Assembly: GCA_964187785.1 (NCBI GenBank)
Contig: OZ076409.1
Span: 61,444,001-61,508,000, forward strand
Reading direction: 5' to 3'
Source: Amphiscolops sp. MND2022
Taxonomy: Eukaryota
Length of the DNA stretch: 64,000 nucleotides
The position numbers and the translations under genes are program-made. Position 1 is the stretch's first letter, and each line of letters starts with the position of its first letter. This document shows, piece by piece, positions 62,106-64,000 of this stretch. The notes beneath the pieces are model-generated. The model ran no database searches. It was not told where the DNA came from and saw nothing but the letters and a program-made list of their open reading frames with translations.

Positions 62106-63080
62106 CTAAAAATCTTTGCTGCAATTTTTTGGACTGCAGCCCTCCTACTAGTCTTTGCAAAAGTCCCTACTTAAGCTCTCAATTCTGATGAACGTATCAT
62201 TTTTTCTACATAATACCCCGTTTTTAGCCGATTCTGTCATCACAAATTGATATTTCATTTCGAGTCAAGATTATTCTTGTATAATGGCTGTTTTGATGAG
62301 ATCTCATTAACAGCACATGACAACTGGCCTATCAGTTCTCAATTTTCCTCATTAGTCGGCGCATTTCGTAAGAAAATGAGCCCGATTGTAACAGTAACTA
62401 GTTTTTAGTCGGTGCTTTTTGTGAAACAAAAATTCCCGACTCTTACAGTAACCTAGTTTTCTTCACACCACATACCTGACACTTTTTACAGAATTTCTAG
62501 AGGCCTTGCTACCTTACTAGAAAGCAATATCGGGGGCCTTCAAAGGGTGCCCTTTGGGTACCATAGTTTTAATTTTTGAAGCTTTTTCTTATAGCAGTTT
62601 CGTATCACTGTTTTTTCCGGCATTACGAGACTTTTTCTCCAAATTGTTTTGTTTTGTCGCCAGAGGGTCCTCTCTTTGGCCATATTGAATTTTTGCACCC
62701 AACTGGATGATAAAAAAGCCCTAAGGTTTTTTGCGCTTTTTGGCACAGTGAGGCGTTCTTCGAAATTTGTTTTGATCCTGTGGCACTGATGATTGTTGAA
62801 AACATCTACGGTTTTTTCGACACTGTGCGACTATTTCTTCAAAACAATTTCCAAAGGCTAACCCCTTTCACCTTGATGAAAGTTTCCGGTCTGAAAAAAG
62901 CGTTTGGCGAGCGTAAAGCTTCCTTTTCGGCACTATGAGACTTTTGTCGGTAAAACATTTTTCGAAACAAGATGTTTTTGATGTTTCAAGTTGAAGAAAA
63001 GCGGTGTTCGAATCTTATGCGTATCTCTTCTGGTAATTTAGGCACTTTAAATTTGATGAACGTTTGTCCCTTGCATATTT

Positions 63081-63463
63081 AAACAAGCCGGGAACGGCCC
63101 AAGTCGGCGCCATATCTAAGGCTCAAAAAGACTCGAAAACCACTTTTTCTACAACTGGAGACAACAAAAGCTCTCAAAAAACTAAAAATTGAGAAAAAAA
63201 ATTCCGAATTCTTTTTTGAAATTTTTTTTGAAGTTTCCGGTAAGTCGCATAGTGCCGAAAAATGTAAAAGGGGGGGACACTTTTTAGCTCATGTTAGACG
63301 CTTTGGATGCGTTGAAAATGAAGTACTAAGTACATATGGTAAAAGTTGGTAAATGTGCATTAATTGGATTAATGCACAAAAAGTGGACGTTACGCGTTGA
63401 ACTGACGAAAAAAAACTAGCCACTGTAAGAGTCGGGATTTTCTTCGAAAACGCCGACTAAAAA
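63081..63463 (-). mobile_element. Helentron/HINE-like element nested in an older opposite-orientation relative (from ~62352)
   Basis: AAACAAGCCGGGAACGGCCCAAGTCGGCGC ... AAAACGCCGACTAAAAA; TTAGTCGG(C/T)GC at ~62352 and ~62405. Confidence 0.75.
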
Positions 63464-64000
63464 CCTTATTCTTTTGCAACACTGAAAATTTTCCACTTTT
63501 CAACAGAGAGAGTTTAACACCGCCACTTTGCTCACACCGCCAGTTTGTTGACACCGCCAGTAATTAGAACGCGCGTTTCCCGAGCAGACGGGAACTAAAT
63601 ATCTCGGAATCTGCCGAGGACTAAATACCTTCTTGCAAACTGTTAACGTGTCGAAGTGTCCCCCTTCCGGGTTTTCTTCGGCACTCTTTGACTTTTGGAA
63701 AAATTTATAATTCACCCAAATGTTCCTCTCCGGTTTTCCTCGTGTTTCAAAACGACGCTTTTCAAGCCTAAAAAGACCATCTTTGAGTTTTTCGACACTG
63801 TGCGACTTTTTTGAGATCTTTTGTGGAATCAATTCAGAGATTTTGTGATTTAAAATAAAACCATTTGTTGAGGCCTTAACATTTAATTTAAAAACTCCAG
63901 AGGCAATTCCTCAACGCTTTTAGAGAATTATGTAGTCGGCCTGACTATCCAAACAGTCAAGACAGAATAATTAGCTACCAAGCAAACTTTCTATCGAAAA

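Overview
AT-rich eukaryotic DNA (invertebrate-animal-like by TE content and GT-AG exons; taxon is inference), almost all transposon-derived. LTR retrotransposons dominate: a Gypsy gag-pol running off the left edge (1-2853, minus); a TSD-flanked, RT-deleted BEL/Pao element (7785-12275); a 10.3-kb Gypsy (34277-44606); a 1.45-kb internally deleted Gypsy (45438-46885); and three large solo LTRs (16069-17908, 22238-23522, 25726-26768). Also present are Helentron/HINE-like repeats, Helitron ends, MULE-like and TA-flanked MITEs, a hAT remnant, minisatellites, a ~3.4-kb tandem duplication, a spacerless 154-bp palindrome and three phase-1 exons of a probable host gene near the right end. Most notable: (1) the BEL element carries an antisense cargo gene that reconstructs, after removing two micro-duplications, to a Ginger/GIN-type H2C2 zinc finger fused to an OTU-like cysteine protease with no DDE core; (2) in three LTR families the Gag frame starts inside the LTR (103-303 codons) and ends on a lone terminal A; in the two elements that retain a PBS that A plus the PBS TG forms an ATG; (3) the large Gypsy also carries an unidentified, probably spliced antisense gene and a structured-RNA candidate. 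No prokaryotic genes, rRNA, complete tRNA or CRISPR arrays were seen. Coordinates were read by eye and protein family calls are motif recognition, not database results.
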